Source of the DNA: Eledone cirrhosa | Taxonomy: Eukaryota | Assembly (NCBI GenBank): GCA_964016885.1 | Contig: OZ024743.1 | Location: 362,948,001-363,012,000 of the forward strand | DNA length: 64,000 nt | Reading direction: 5' to 3' | Part shown: in pieces, positions 26,500-42,029 of the stretch | Numbering within the stretch: the first letter of the stretch is position 1 | How the letters are laid out: each line of letters opens with the position of its first letter | Program-made: the position numbers and the translations under genes | The notes under the pieces: generated by a model | The model's database searches: none | Told to the model about the DNA's origin: nothing | Seen by the model: the letters and a program-made list of their open reading frames with translations, nothing else

Positions 26500-29160
26500 C
26501 AGAGAAAGGGTGGGGGTGTATAGAAAGTGCGAGAGTTGTAAAGAAAGAGTGAGAGTTGTAGAGGGAGTGAAGAGAAATGGTGAAAGGTGTAGAGAATGAG
26601 AGGAAGTGTAGAGAAAGAGTGAGTGTTGTAGAGAATGAGAGGAAGTGTAGAGAAAGAGTGAGTGTTGTAGAGAATGAGAGGAAGTGTAGAGGAAAAGTGA
26701 GTGTTGTAGAGAATGAGAGGAAATGTAGAGAAAGAGTGAGTGTTGTAGAGAATGAGAGGAAGTGTAGAGAAAGAGTGAGTGTTGTAGAGAATGAGAGGAA
26801 GTGTAGAGAATGAGGGGAAGTGTAGAGAAAGAGTGAGTGTTGTAGAGAATGAGAGGAAGTGTAGAGAATGAGAGCAAGTGTAGAGAAAGAGTGAGTGTTG
26901 TAGAGAATGAGAGGAAGTGTAGAGAAAGAGTGAGTGTTGTAGAGAATGAGAGGAAGTGTAGAGAAAGAGTGAGTGTTGTAGAGAATGAGAGGAAGTGTAG
27001 AGAAAGAGTGAGTGTTGTAGAGAATGAGAGGAAGTGTAGAGAAAGAGTGAGTGTTGTAGAGAATGAGAGGAAGTGTAGAGAAAGAGTGAGTGTTGTAGAG
27101 AATGAGAGGAAGTGTAGAGAAAGAGTGAGTGTTGTAGAGAATGAGAGGAAGTGTAGAGAAAGAGTGAGTGTTGTAGAGAATGAGAGGAAGTGTAGAGAAA
27201 GAGTGAGTGTTGTAGAGAATGAGAGGAAGTGTAGAGAAAGAGTGAGTGTGGTAGAGAATGAGAGGAAGTGTAGGGAAAGAGTGAGTGTGGTAGAGAATGA
27301 GAGGAAGTGTAGAGAATGAGAGGGAGTGTAGAGAAATGGTGGAAGGTGTAGAGAATGAGAGGAAGTGTAGAGAAATGGTGGAAGGTGTAGAGAATGAGAG
27401 GGAGTGTAGAGAAATGGTGGAAGATGTAGAGAATGAGAGGAAGTGTAGAGAATGAGATGAAGTGTAGAGAATGAGAGAGAGTGTAGAGAAAGAGTGAGTG
27501 TTGTAGAGAATGAGAGGAAGTGTAGAGAATGAGAGGGAGTGTAGAGAAAGAGTGAGTGTTGTAGAGAATGAGAGGAAGTGTAGAGAATGAGATGGAGTGT
27601 AGAGAATGAGAGGAAGTGTAGAGAATGAGAGGGAGTGTAGAGAAATGGTGGAAGGTGTAGAGAATGAGAGGGAGTGTAGAGAAATGGTGGAAGGTGTAGA
27701 GAATGAGAAGGAGTGTAGAGAAATGGTGGAAGGTGTAGAGAATGAGAGGGAGTGTAGAGAAATGGTGGAAGGTGTAGAGAATGAGAGGGAGTGTAGAGAA
27801 ATGGTGGAAGGTGTAGAGAATGAGAGGGAGTGTAGAGAAATGGTGGAAGATGTAGAGAATGAGAGGAAGTGTAGAGAATGAGAGGAAGTGTAGAGAATGA
27901 GAGAAAGTGTAGAGAAAGAGTGAGTGTTGTAGAGAATGAGAGGAAGTGTAGAGAATGAGAGGGAGTGTAGAGAAAGAGTGAGTGTTGTAGAGAATGAGAG
28001 GAAGTGTAGAGAATGAGAGCAAGTGTAGAGAAAGAGTGAGTGTTGTAGAGAATGAGAGGAAGTGTAGAGAATGAGAGGGAGTGTAGAGAATGAGATGGAG
28101 TGTAGAGAAATGGTGGAAGGTGTAGAGAATGAGAGGAAGTGTAGAGAAATGGTGGAAGGTGTAGAGAATGAGAGGGAATGTAGAGAAATGGTGGAAGATG
28201 TAGAGAATGAGAGGAAGTGTAGAGAATGAGATGAAGTGTAGAGAATGAGAGAAAGTGTAGAGAAAGAGTGAGTGTTGTAGAGAATGAGAGGAAGTGTAGA
28301 GAAAGAGTGAGTGTTGTAGAGAATGAGAGGAAGTGTAGAGAAAGAGTGAGTGTTGTAGAGAATGAGAGGAAGTGTAGAGAAAGAGTGAGTGTGGTAGAGA
28401 ATGAGAGGAAGTGTAGGGAAAGAGTGAGTGTGGTAGAGAATGAGAGGAAGTGTAGAGAATGAGAGGGAGTGTAGAGAAATAGTGGAAGGTGTAGAGAATG
28501 AGAGGAAGTGTAGAGAAATGGTGGAAGGTGTAGAGAATGAGAGGGAGTGTAGAGAAATGGTGGAAGATGTAGAGAATGAGAGGAAGTGTAGAGAATGAGA
28601 TGAAGTGTAGAGAATGAGAGAAAGTGTAGAGAAAGAGTGAGTGTTGTAGAGAATGAGAGGAAGTGTAGAGAATGAGAGGGAGTGTAGAGAAAGAGTGAGT
28701 GTTGTAGAGAATGAGAGGAAGTGTAGAGAATGAGATGGAGTGTAGAGAATGAGAGGGAGTGTAGAGAAATGGTGGAAGGTGTAGAGAATGAGAGGGAGTG
28801 TAGAGAAATGGTGGAAGATGTAGAGAATGAGAGGAAGTGTAGAGAATGAGAGGAAGTGTAGAGAATGAGAGAAAGTGTAGAGAAAGAGTGAGTGTTGTAG
28901 AGAATGAGAGGAAGTGTAGAGAATGAGAGGGAGTGTAGAGAAAGAGTGAGTGCTGTAGAGAATGAGAGGAAGTGTAGAGAATGAGATGGAGTGTAGAGAA
29001 TGAGATGGAGTGTAGAGAATGAGAGGAAGTGTAGAGAATGAGAGGGAGTGTAGAGAATGAGATGGAGTGTAGAGAATGAGAGGAAGTGTAGAGAATGAGA
29101 GGGAGTGTAGAGAAATGGTGGAAGGTGTAGAGAATGAGAGGAAGTGGAGAGAAAAGTGTG
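26500..29160. repeat. Purine-rich modular minisatellite (19-20 bp modules, 39-bp dimer)
   Basis: GTAGAGAA core plus tails tgagaggaagt / agagtgagtgtt / atggtggaaggt / tgagagggagt / tgagatggagt. Confidence 0.97.
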
Positions 29161-29882
29161 AAAGTGAGGAAGGGGCTGAGAGTAGATAACATTTGGTAGA
29201 GAAAGAGTGAGAGTAGTAGAGAAAGGGGGAGAGTTGTAGAGAATGGGTGGGATTTGTAGAGAATGGAGGTGTAGAGAATTGTGGTTGTAGACAAACGGGG
29301 AAGGTGTAGAGACAGGACCAGATATGTAGAGAAAGAAGAGGAGGTTTAGAGAAAGGGTGAGAGGTGTAGGAAAATGGTGGGAGATGCAATGAATGAGAAA
29401 TCATAAGATTGGTAGAAATAGATAGAGAAAGCGAATGAGTATAATACTCTAAGAATTAAGATAAAAAAAGATAGTGAGATAGAGAGTGAAATAGAGAAAG
29501 AGGGTGGATAAAAGAGAGGGGAAGAATGGAGTTTGGGAGAAAGAAAAAGAAATTAGTAGAAAATAAGACAATAATATGGTAAGGAGACTGAGGATGAGAA
29601 AGAATGAATGAGTGGTAGAATAAATGAGAGAGTGGCTCTTGTTCGTGTTCAGCTACAGACCAACAGTAATTGAAGGTATTCCAGCCACGACCACACAGTC
29701 TATTTATTGACATGTGTGTCGGTTCTTTTTCCAAGATAGTAGGGTGTGACTTGGTGCAAATTTTAGCTGCTATTTATAGCAATGACATAGAAGCTCTCCT
29801 CATTGTTTGGTGAGCATAGTTAGTAGGTGTGTGTAAATGAGAGGACGGAGACGGCGAAAGAAAATAGGTGATAACTGGTTTA

Positions 29883-30000
29883 AATAATTGTTTCTACTTT
29901 TGGCACAAGGCCAGCAATTATTCCAGTGTATTACTGGTACTTCATTTTATCGACCCTGTAAAGAGGAAAGGCAAAGTTAACTTCAGCGGGATTTGAGTTT
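29883..30000 (-). mobile_element. SINE family A, 5'-truncated
   Basis: Reverse-complement tail and core. Confidence 0.88.
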
Positions 30001-30639
30001 AAATAATATCAGCGAGATAAATGATGCTTTCTAAATTTAGGTACAAGGCAAACAATGTTTTTTTGGGGGGTGGGGAATCAAACCCAGTACTTAACAGGGT
30101 TTATTTTATTGATCCCGATGAAAAGCAAAGTCGAGCACACCATTTGAGCTTAGTATGAAAATGACCATAACTAAACGTCACCAAGTAAATAATTCTGGCA
30201 TTGGTATTGAAGATGATAATGATGATGATGATGATAATGATGATCATAATAACGTTGATGATGATGATGCTAAAATATACGTGAAGGAAATCCAGTAGAG
30301 ATGACCTGTGATGTGACATTGCTGCTCATTACCAAGCTAGATGGCAGCACACCATCCAGTAAAACTAACGACAAAATCTTCCCCACTACTACTAAAACCA
30401 CCCCAACTACAAAAACAATCGCCAACATTACCACCACCTCAATAAAGAACACTATAATTACTCCACACCACAATCACCAACACCACCACAATCAGCACCA
30501 CCATAATTCCTCCCTAACACAATCACCAGAATCATCACCATCACCACCACAATCACCAACACCATAATCACCACCACAACCAACACCACCACAATAACCA
30601 CCACGGCCACAATCACCAATACCCCAAACAGTCACACAC

Positions 30640-33600
30640 AATCACAATCACCAACACTACTATCACCACCACTACTATCACCACCACTACAATTACGAAC
30701 ACTACTATCACCACCACTACAATCCCCACCACTACTATCACCACCACTACTATCACCACCACTACAATCCCCACCACTACTATCACCACCACTACTATCA
30801 CCACCACTACAATCCCCACCACTACTATCACCACCACTACTATCACCACCACTACAATCACCACCACTACTATCACCACCACTACAATCACCACCACCAC
30901 TATCACCACCACAACTATCACCACCACTACTATCACCACCACTACAATCACCACCACTACTATCACCACCACTACAATCACCACTACTACAATCACCAAC
31001 ACTACTATCACCACTACTATCACCACCACTACTATCACCACACTACTATCACCACCACTACTATCACCACCACTACTATCACCACCACTACTATCACCAC
31101 CACTACAATCCCCACCACTACTATCACCACCACTACTATCACCACCACTACAATCCCCACCACTACTATCACCACCACTACTATCACCACCACTACTATC
31201 ACCACCACTACTATCACCACCACTACAATTACGAACACTACTATCACCACCACTACAATCCCCACCACTACTATCACCACCACTAAAATCCCCACCACTA
31301 CAATCACCACCACTACTATCACCACCACTACTATCACCACCACTACAATCCCCACCACTACTATCACCACCACTACTATCACCACCACTACAATCCCCAC
31401 CACTACTATCACCACACTACTATCACCACCACTACTATCACCACCACTATTATCACCACCACTACTATCACCACCACTACTATCACCACCACTACTATCA
31501 CCACCACAACTATCACCACCACTACTATCACCACCACAACTATCACCAGCACTACTATCACCACCACAACTATCAGCACCACTACAATCACCACCACTAC
31601 AATCACCACCACTACTATCACCACCACAACTATCACCACCACTACTATCACCACCACAACTATCACCAGCACTACAATCCCCACCACTACTATCACCACC
31701 ACTACTATCACCACCACTACAATCCCCACCACTACTATCACCACCACTACTATCACCACCACTACTATCACCACCACTACTATCACCACCACTACTATCA
31801 CCACCACTACAATTACGAACACTACTATCACCACCACTACAATCCCCACCACTACTATCACCACCACTAAAATCCCCACCACTACAATCACCACCACTAC
31901 TATCACCACCACTACTATCACCACCACTACAATCCCCACCACTACTATCACCACCACTACTATCACCACCACTACTATCACCACCACTACTATCACCACC
32001 ACTACTATCACCACCACTACAATCCCCACCACTACTATCACCACCACTACTATCACCACCACTACAATCACCACCACTACTATCACCACCACTACAATCA
32101 CCACCACTACTATCACCACCACAACTATCACCACCACTACTATCACCACCACTACAATCACCACCACTACTATCACCACCACTACAATCACCACTACTAC
32201 AATCACCAACACTACTATCCCCACCACTACTATCACCACCACTACTATCACCACCACTAAAATCCCCACCACTACTATCACCACCACTACAATCCCCACC
32301 ACTACTATCACCACCACTACTATCACCACCACTACAATCCCCACCACTACTATCACCACCACTAAAATCCCCACCACTACAATCACCACCACTACTATCA
32401 CCACCACAACTATCACCACCACTACTATCACCACCACTACAATCACCACCACTACTATCACCACCACTACAATCACCACTACTACAATCACCAACACTAC
32501 TATCACCACTACTATCACCACCACTACTATCACCACACTACTATCACCACCACTACTATCACCACCACAACTATCACCACCACTACTATCACCACCACAA
32601 CTATCACCAGCACTACTATCAGCACCACAACTATCAGCACCACTACAATCACCACCACTACAATCACCACCACTACTATCACCACCACTACAATCACCAA
32701 CACTACTATCACCACTACAATCACGACCACAACTATCACCACCACTACTATCACCACCACTACTATCACCAACACTACTATCACCACCACAACTATCACC
32801 ACCACTACAATCACCACCACTACAATCACCACCACTACTATCACCACCACTACAATCACCACTAATACAATCACCAACACTACTATCACCACTACTATCA
32901 CCACCACAACTATCACCACCACTACTATCACCACCACTACTATCACCAACACTACTATCACCACCACTACAATCCCCACCACTACTATCACCACCACTAC
33001 TATCACCACCACTACAATCCCCACCACTACTATCACCACCACTAAAATCCCCACCACTACAATCACCACCACTACTATCACCACCACAACTATCACCACC
33101 ACTACTATCACCACCACTACAATCACCACCACTACTATCACCACCACTACAATCACCACTACTACAATCACCAACACTACTATCACCACTACTATCACCA
33201 CCACTACTATCACCACACTACTATCACCACCACTACTATCATCACCACAACTATCACCACCACTACTATCACCACCACAACTATCACCAGCACTACTATC
33301 AGCACCACAACTATCAGCACCACTACAATCACCACCACTACAATCACCACCACTACTATCACCACCACTACAATCACCAACACTACTATCACCACTACAA
33401 TCACGACCACAACTATCACCACCACTACTATCACCACCACTACTATCACCAACACTACTATCACCACCACAACTATCACCACCACTACAATCACCACCAC
33501 TACAATCACCACCACTACTATCACCACCACTACAATCACCACTAATACAATCACCAACACTACTATCACCACTACTATCACCACCACAACTATCACCACC

Positions 33601-34000
33601 ACTACTATCACCACCACTACTATCACCAACACTACTATCACCACCACCACCACCACCACCACAACTATCACCACCACTACAATCACGACCACAACTATCA
33701 CCACCACTACTATCACCACCACCACCACCACCACCACAACTATCACCACCACTACAATCACGACCACAACTATCACCACCACTACTATCACCACCACCAC
33801 CACCACCACCACCACTATCACCAACACTACTATCACCACCACAACTATCACCACCACTACAATCACGACCACAACTATCACCACCACTACTATCACCACC
33901 ACCACCACCACCACTATCACCAACACTACTATCACCACCACAACTATCACCACTACTACAATCACCACCACTACTATCACCACCACAACTATCACCACCA
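30640..34000. repeat. 15-bp minisatellite ACCACCACTACTATC with variant units
   Basis: Read directly. Degenerate (ACC)n flanks extend to ~30470 and ~34330. Confidence 0.97.
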
Positions 34001-34387
34001 CTACAACCACGAACCCCGCCACCACCACCACCGCCACAACCACCACCACCACAACCATCATCACAACCACCACCACCACAACCACCACCGCCACAACCAC
34101 CACCACAACCACAACCACCACCACAACCAGGACCCCCACCCCCACCACCACCGCCACCACCACCACCACAACCATCACCACAACCTCCACCACCACAACC
34201 ACCACCACCACAACCACCACCACCACAAACACTACCACCATAATCACCACTGCCACAACCACCACCACTACAATCATCATCACAATCCCCTTTACCATCA
34301 CAATCACACCACCATCAAAATCACCATGACAACCATGCCTACCATTATCATCATCACCCTTATCTATTACAATAACCTTCATCATCA

Positions 34388-34551
34388 GGGTCGGACGCCA
34401 TGCTTTCCAGCATAGTTACGTCCCTTTACGATCTGAGTTCAAATCCCGCCGAGGTTGACTTTGCCTTTCATCCTTACGGGGTCGATAAAATAAAGTACCA
34501 GTAATGTACTGAGTATTTGCTGGCCTAGTGCCTAAAGTAGAAACAATTATT
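34388..34551 (+). mobile_element. SINE family A, 5'-truncated, between two satellites
   Basis: Core and tail intact, followed by (TCT)n(CAA)n(CTA)n. Confidence 0.92.
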
Positions 34552-34601
34552 GTGATTTCTTCTTCTTCTTCTTCTTCTTCTTCTCCAACAACAACAACAA
34601 C

Positions 34602-34696
<95 letters not shown>

Positions 34697-34811
34697 CTCC
34701 ACCACAACCCCGCCACTACGTCGTCGACCCCCCGCACTGCCAATATCCCCACCACTACAATCCCCACCACTACAGGACCCCTATCACCACAATCAACATC
34801 ACTACCAGCAC

Positions 34812-37800
34812 CCCCACCGACACCACATGCTACCACCAATACTGCATACTACCATACTACCACCGACACGACAGGCTACCACCGATACTACATACTACCA
34901 CCGACACCACAGGCTACCACCAATACTGCATACTACCATACTACCACCGACACGACAGGCTACCACCGATACTACATACTACCACCAACACCACATGCTA
35001 CTACTAATATTGCATACTACCACCGACACCACATAATACCACCAATACTGCATACTAACACCAACACCACATGCTACCACCAATACTACATACTACCACC
35101 GACACTACATGCTACCACCAATACTACATACTACCACCGACACCACATGTTACCATTAATACTACATACTACCACCGACACCACATGTTACCATTAATAC
35201 TACATACTACCACCGACACCACATGCTACCACCAATACTGCATACTACCACCAACATTACATGCTACCACCAATACTACATACTACCACCGACACCACAT
35301 GTTGCCATTAATACCACATACTACCACCGACACCACATGCTACCACCAATACTGCATACTACCACCGACACCACATGTTACCATTAATACCACATACTAC
35401 CACCGACACCACATGCTACCACCAATACTGCATACTACCACCGACACCACATGTTACCATTAATACCACATACTACCACCGACACCACATGCTACCATTA
35501 ATACTACATACTACCACCGACACCACATGTTACCATTAATACTACATACTACCACCGACACCACATGTTACCATTAATACTACATACTACCACCGACACT
35601 ACATGCTACCACCAATACTACATACTACCACCGACACCACATGTTACCATTAATACTACATACTACCACCGACACCACATGTTACCATTAATACTACATA
35701 CTACCACCGACACTACATGCTACCACCAATACTACATACTACCACCGACACCACATGTTACCATTAATACTACATACTACCACCGACACTACATGCTAAC
35801 ACCGATACTACATACTACCACCGACACCACATGTTACCATTAATACTACATACTACACCGACACCACATGCTAACACCGATACTACATACTACCACCGAT
35901 ACCACATGTTACCATTAATACTACATACTACCACCGACACCACATGTTACCATTAATACCACATACTACCACCGACACCACATGCTACCACCAATACTGC
36001 ATACTACCACCAACACCACATGCTACCACCAATACTGCATACTACCACCGACACCACATGTTACCATTAATACTACATACTACCACCGACACCACATGTT
36101 ACCATTAATACTACATACTACCACCGACACTACATGTTACCATTAATACTACATACTACCACCGACACCACATGTTACCATTAATACTACATACTACCAC
36201 CGACACCACATGTTACCATTAATACTACATACTACCACCGATACCACATGTTACCATTAATACTACATACTACCACTGACACCACATGTTACCATTAATA
36301 CTACATACTACCACCGACACCACATGTTACCATTACGACTACATACTACCACCGACACCACATGTTACCATTAATACTACATACTACCACCGACACCACA
36401 TGTTACCATTAATACTACATACTACCACCGACACCACATGTTACCATTAATACTACATACTACCACCGACACTACATGTTACCATTAATACTACATACTA
36501 CCACCGACACCACATGTTACCATTAATACTACATACTACCACCGACACCACATGTTACCATTAATACTACATACTACCACCGACACCACATGTTACCATT
36601 AATACTACATACTACCACCGATACCACATGTTACCATTAATACTACATACTACCACCGACACCACATGTTACCATTAATACTACATACTACCACCGACAC
36701 CACATGTTACCATTAATACTACATACTACCACCGACACCACATGTTACCATTAATACTACATACTACCACCGACACCACATGTTACCATTAATACTACAT
36801 ACTACCACCGACACCACATGTTACCATTAATACTACATACTACCACCGATACCACATGTTACCATTAATACTACATACTACCACCGACACCACATGTTAC
36901 CATTAATACTACATACTACCACCGACACCACATGTTACCATTAATACTACATACTACCACCGATACCACATGTTACCATTAATACTACATACTACCAGCG
37001 ACACCACATGTTACCATTAATACTACATACTACCACCGACACCACATGTTACCATTACGACTACATACTACCACCGACACCACATGTTACCATTAATACT
37101 ACATACTACCACCGACACCACATGTTACCATTAATACTACATACTACCACCGACACTACATGCTAACACCGATACTACATACTACCACCGACACCACATG
37201 TTACCATTAATACTACATACTACCACCGACACCACATGTTACCATTAATACTACATACTACCACCGACACTACATGTTACCATTAATACTACATACTACC
37301 ACCGACACCACATGTTACCATTAATACTACATACTACCACCGACACCACATGTTACCATTAATACTACATACTACCACCGACACCACATGTTACCATTAA
37401 TACTACATACTACCACCGATACCACATGTTACCATTAATACTACATACTACCACCGACACCACATGTTACCATTAATACTACATACTACCACCGACACCA
37501 CATGTTACCATTAATACTACATACTACCACCGACACCACATGTTACCATTAATACTACATACTACCACCGACACCACATGTTACCATTACGACTACATAC
37601 TACCACCGACACCACATGTTACCATTAATACTACATACTACCACCGACACTACATGTTACCATTAATACTACATACTACCACCGACACCACATGTTACCA
37701 TTAATACTACATACTACCACCGACACCACATGTTACCACCAATACTACATACTACCATCGACACCACATCTTACCATTAATACTACATACTACCACCGAC

Positions 37801-40800
37801 ACCACATGTTACCATTAATACTACATACTACCACCGACACCACATGTTACCACCAATACTACATACTACCACCGACACCACATGTTACCACCAATACTAC
37901 ATACTACCATCGACACCACATCTTACCATTAATACTACATACTACCACCGACACCACATGTTACCATTAATACTACATACTACCACCGACACCACATGTT
38001 ACCACCAATACTACATACTACCATCGACACCACATCTTACCATTAATACTACATACTACCACCGACACCACATGTTACCACCAATACTACATACTACCAT
38101 CGACACCACATCTTACCATTAATACTACATACTACCACCGACACCACATGTTACCACCAATACTACATACTACCATCGACACCTCATCTTACCATTAATA
38201 CTACATACTACCACCGACACCACATGTTACCACCAATACTACATACTACCATCGACACCACATCTTACCATTAATACTACATACTACCACCGACACCACA
38301 TGTTACCACCAATACTACATACTACCATCGACACCACATCTTACCATTAATACTACATACTACCACCGACACCACATGTTACCACCAATACTACATACTA
38401 CCATCGACACCACATCTTACCATTAATACTACATACTACCACCGACACCACATGTTACCACCAATACTACATACTACCATCGACACCACATCTTACCATT
38501 AATACTACATACTACCACCGACACCACATGTTACCACCAATACTACATACTACCATCGACACCACATCTTACCATTAATACTACATACTACCACCGACAC
38601 CACATGTTACCATTAATACTACATACTACCACCGACACCACATGTTACCACCAATACTACATACTACCATCGACACCACATCTTACCATTAATACTACAT
38701 ACTACCACCGACACCACATGTTACCATTAATACTACATACTACCACCGACACCACATGTTACCACCAATACTACATACTACCATCGACACCACATCTTAC
38801 CATTAATACTACATACTACCACCGACACCACATGTTACCACCAATACTACATACTACCACCGACACCACATGTTACCATTAATACTACATACTACCACCG
38901 ACACCACATGTTACCACCAATACTACATACTACCACCGACACCACATGTTACCATTAATACTACATACTACCACCGACACCACATGTTACCACCAATACT
39001 ACATACTACCACCGACACCACATGTTACCACCAATACTACATACTACCATCGACACCACATCTTACCATTAATACTACATACTACCACCGACACCACATG
39101 TTACCACCAATACTACATACTACCACCGACACCACATGTTACCATTAATACTACATACTACCACCGACACCACATGTTACCACCAATACTACATACTACC
39201 ACCGACACCACATGTTACCACCAATACTACATACTACCACCGACACCACATGTTACCACCAATACTACATACTACCATCGACACCACATCTTACCATTAA
39301 TACTACATACTACCACCGACACCACATGTTACCACCAATACTACATACTACCACCGACACCACATGTTACCACCAATACTACATACTACCATCGACACCA
39401 CATCTTACCATTAATACTACATACTACCACCGACACCACATGTTACCACCAATACTACATACTACCATCGACACCACATCTTACCATTAATACTACATAC
39501 TACCACCGACACCACATGTTACCACCAATACTACATACTACCATCGACACCACATCTTACCATTAATACTACATACTACCACCGACACCACATGTTACCA
39601 CCAATACTACATACTACCATCGACACCACATCTTACCATTAATACTACATACTACCACCGACACCACATGTTACCACCAATACTACATACTACCATCGAC
39701 ACCACATCTTACCATTAATACTACATACTACCACCGACACCACATGTTACCACCAATACTACATACTACCATCGACACCACATCTTACCATTAATACTAC
39801 ATACTACCACCGACACCACATGTTACCACCAATACTACATACTACCATCGACACCACATCTTACCATTAATACTACATACTACCACCGACACCACATGTT
39901 ACCATTAATACTACATACTACCACCGACACCACATGTTACCACCAATACTACATACTACCATCGACACCACATCTTACCATTAATACTACATACTACCAC
40001 CGACACCACATGTTACCATTAATACTACATACTACCACCGACACCACATGTTACCACCAATACTACATACTACCATCGACACCACATCTTACCATTAATA
40101 CTACATACTACCACTGACACCACATGTTACCACCAATACTACATACTACCACCGACACCACATGTTACCATTAATACTACATACTACCACCGACACCACA
40201 TGTTACCACCAATACTACATACTACCACCGACACCACATGTTACCATTAATACTACATACTACCACCGACACCACATGTTACCACCAATACTACATACTA
40301 CCACCGACACCACATGTTACCACCAATACTACATACTACCATCGACACCACATCTTACCATTAATACTACATACTACCACCGACACCACATGTTACCACC
40401 AATACTACATACTACCACCGACACCACATGTTACCATTAATACTACATACTACCACCGACACCACATGTTACCACCAATACTACATACTACCACCGACAC
40501 CACATGTTACCACCAATACTACATACTACCACCGACACCACATGTTACCACCAATACTACATACTACCATCGACACCACATCTTACCATTAATACTACAT
40601 ACTACCACCGACACCACATGTTACCACCAATACTACATACTACCACCGACACCACATGTTACCATTAATACTACATACTACCACCGACACCACATGTTAC
40701 CACCAATACTACATACTACCACCGACACCACATGTTACCACCAATACTACATACTACCACCGACACCACATGTTACCACCAATACTACATACTACCATCG

Positions 40801-41842
40801 ACACCACATCTTACCATTAATACTACATACTACCACCGACACCACATGTTACCACCAATACTACATACTACCACCGACACCACATGTTACCATTAATACT
40901 ACATACTACCACCGACACCACATGTTACCACCAATACTACATACTACCACCGACACCACATGTTACCACCAATACTACATACTACCACCGACACCACATG
41001 TTACCACCAATACTACATACTACCATCGACACCACATCTTACCATTAATACTACATACTACCACCGACACCACATGTTACCACCAATACTACATACTACC
41101 ACCGACACCACATGTTACCATTAATACTACATACTACCACCGACACCACATGTTACCACCAATACTACATACTACCACCGACACCACATGTTACCACCAA
41201 TACTACATACTACCACCGACACCACATGTTACCACCAATACTACATACTACCATCGACACCACATCTTACCATTAATACTACATACTACCACCGACACCA
41301 CATGTTACCACCAATACTACATACTACCACCGACACCACATGTTACCATTAATACTACATACTACCACCGACACCACATGTTACCATTACGACTACATAC
41401 TACCACCGACACCACATGTTACCATTAATACTACATACTACCACCGACACCACATGTTACCACCAATACTACATACTACCACCGACACCACATGTTACCA
41501 TTAATACTACATACTACCACCGACACCACATGTTACCATTACGACTACATACTACCACCGACACCACATGTTACCATTACGACTACATACTACCACCGAC
41601 ACCACATGTTACCATTAATACTACATACTACCACCGACACCACATGTTACCACCAATACTACATACTACCACCGACACCACATGTTACCATTAATACTAC
41701 ATACTACCACCGACACCACATGTTACCATTACGACTACATACTACCACCGACACCACATGTTACCATTAATACTACATACTACCACCGACACCACATGTT
41801 ACCACCGACACCACATGTTACCATTAATACTACATACTACCA
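34812..41842. repeat. 38-bp minisatellite (two diverged 19-mers), roughly 185 copies
   Basis: Unit accaccgacaccacatgtt+accattaatactacatact. Copy number estimated from length/38. Confidence 0.98.
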
Positions 41843-42029
41843 AATTAACAACCACCATTACCATCATCACCACAACCACTATCAGCAACAACAATACCAC
41901 AACCGTCAACACCACTACCGCTCCCTTCACCCCCAGACATTACTACCATCACCACGACTACCACCACCACCACCACTATTACTACCACGACTACCATAAC
42001 CACCACCACCACCACCACCACCACCACCA

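Noticed and set aside
26241-29404. 1017- and 975-aa ORFs, and a CRISPR-like look (constant core plus variable tail)
   Set aside because: Satellite open in two frames. The tails are a few recurring variants rather than unique spacers, with no cas genes and a eukaryotic context.
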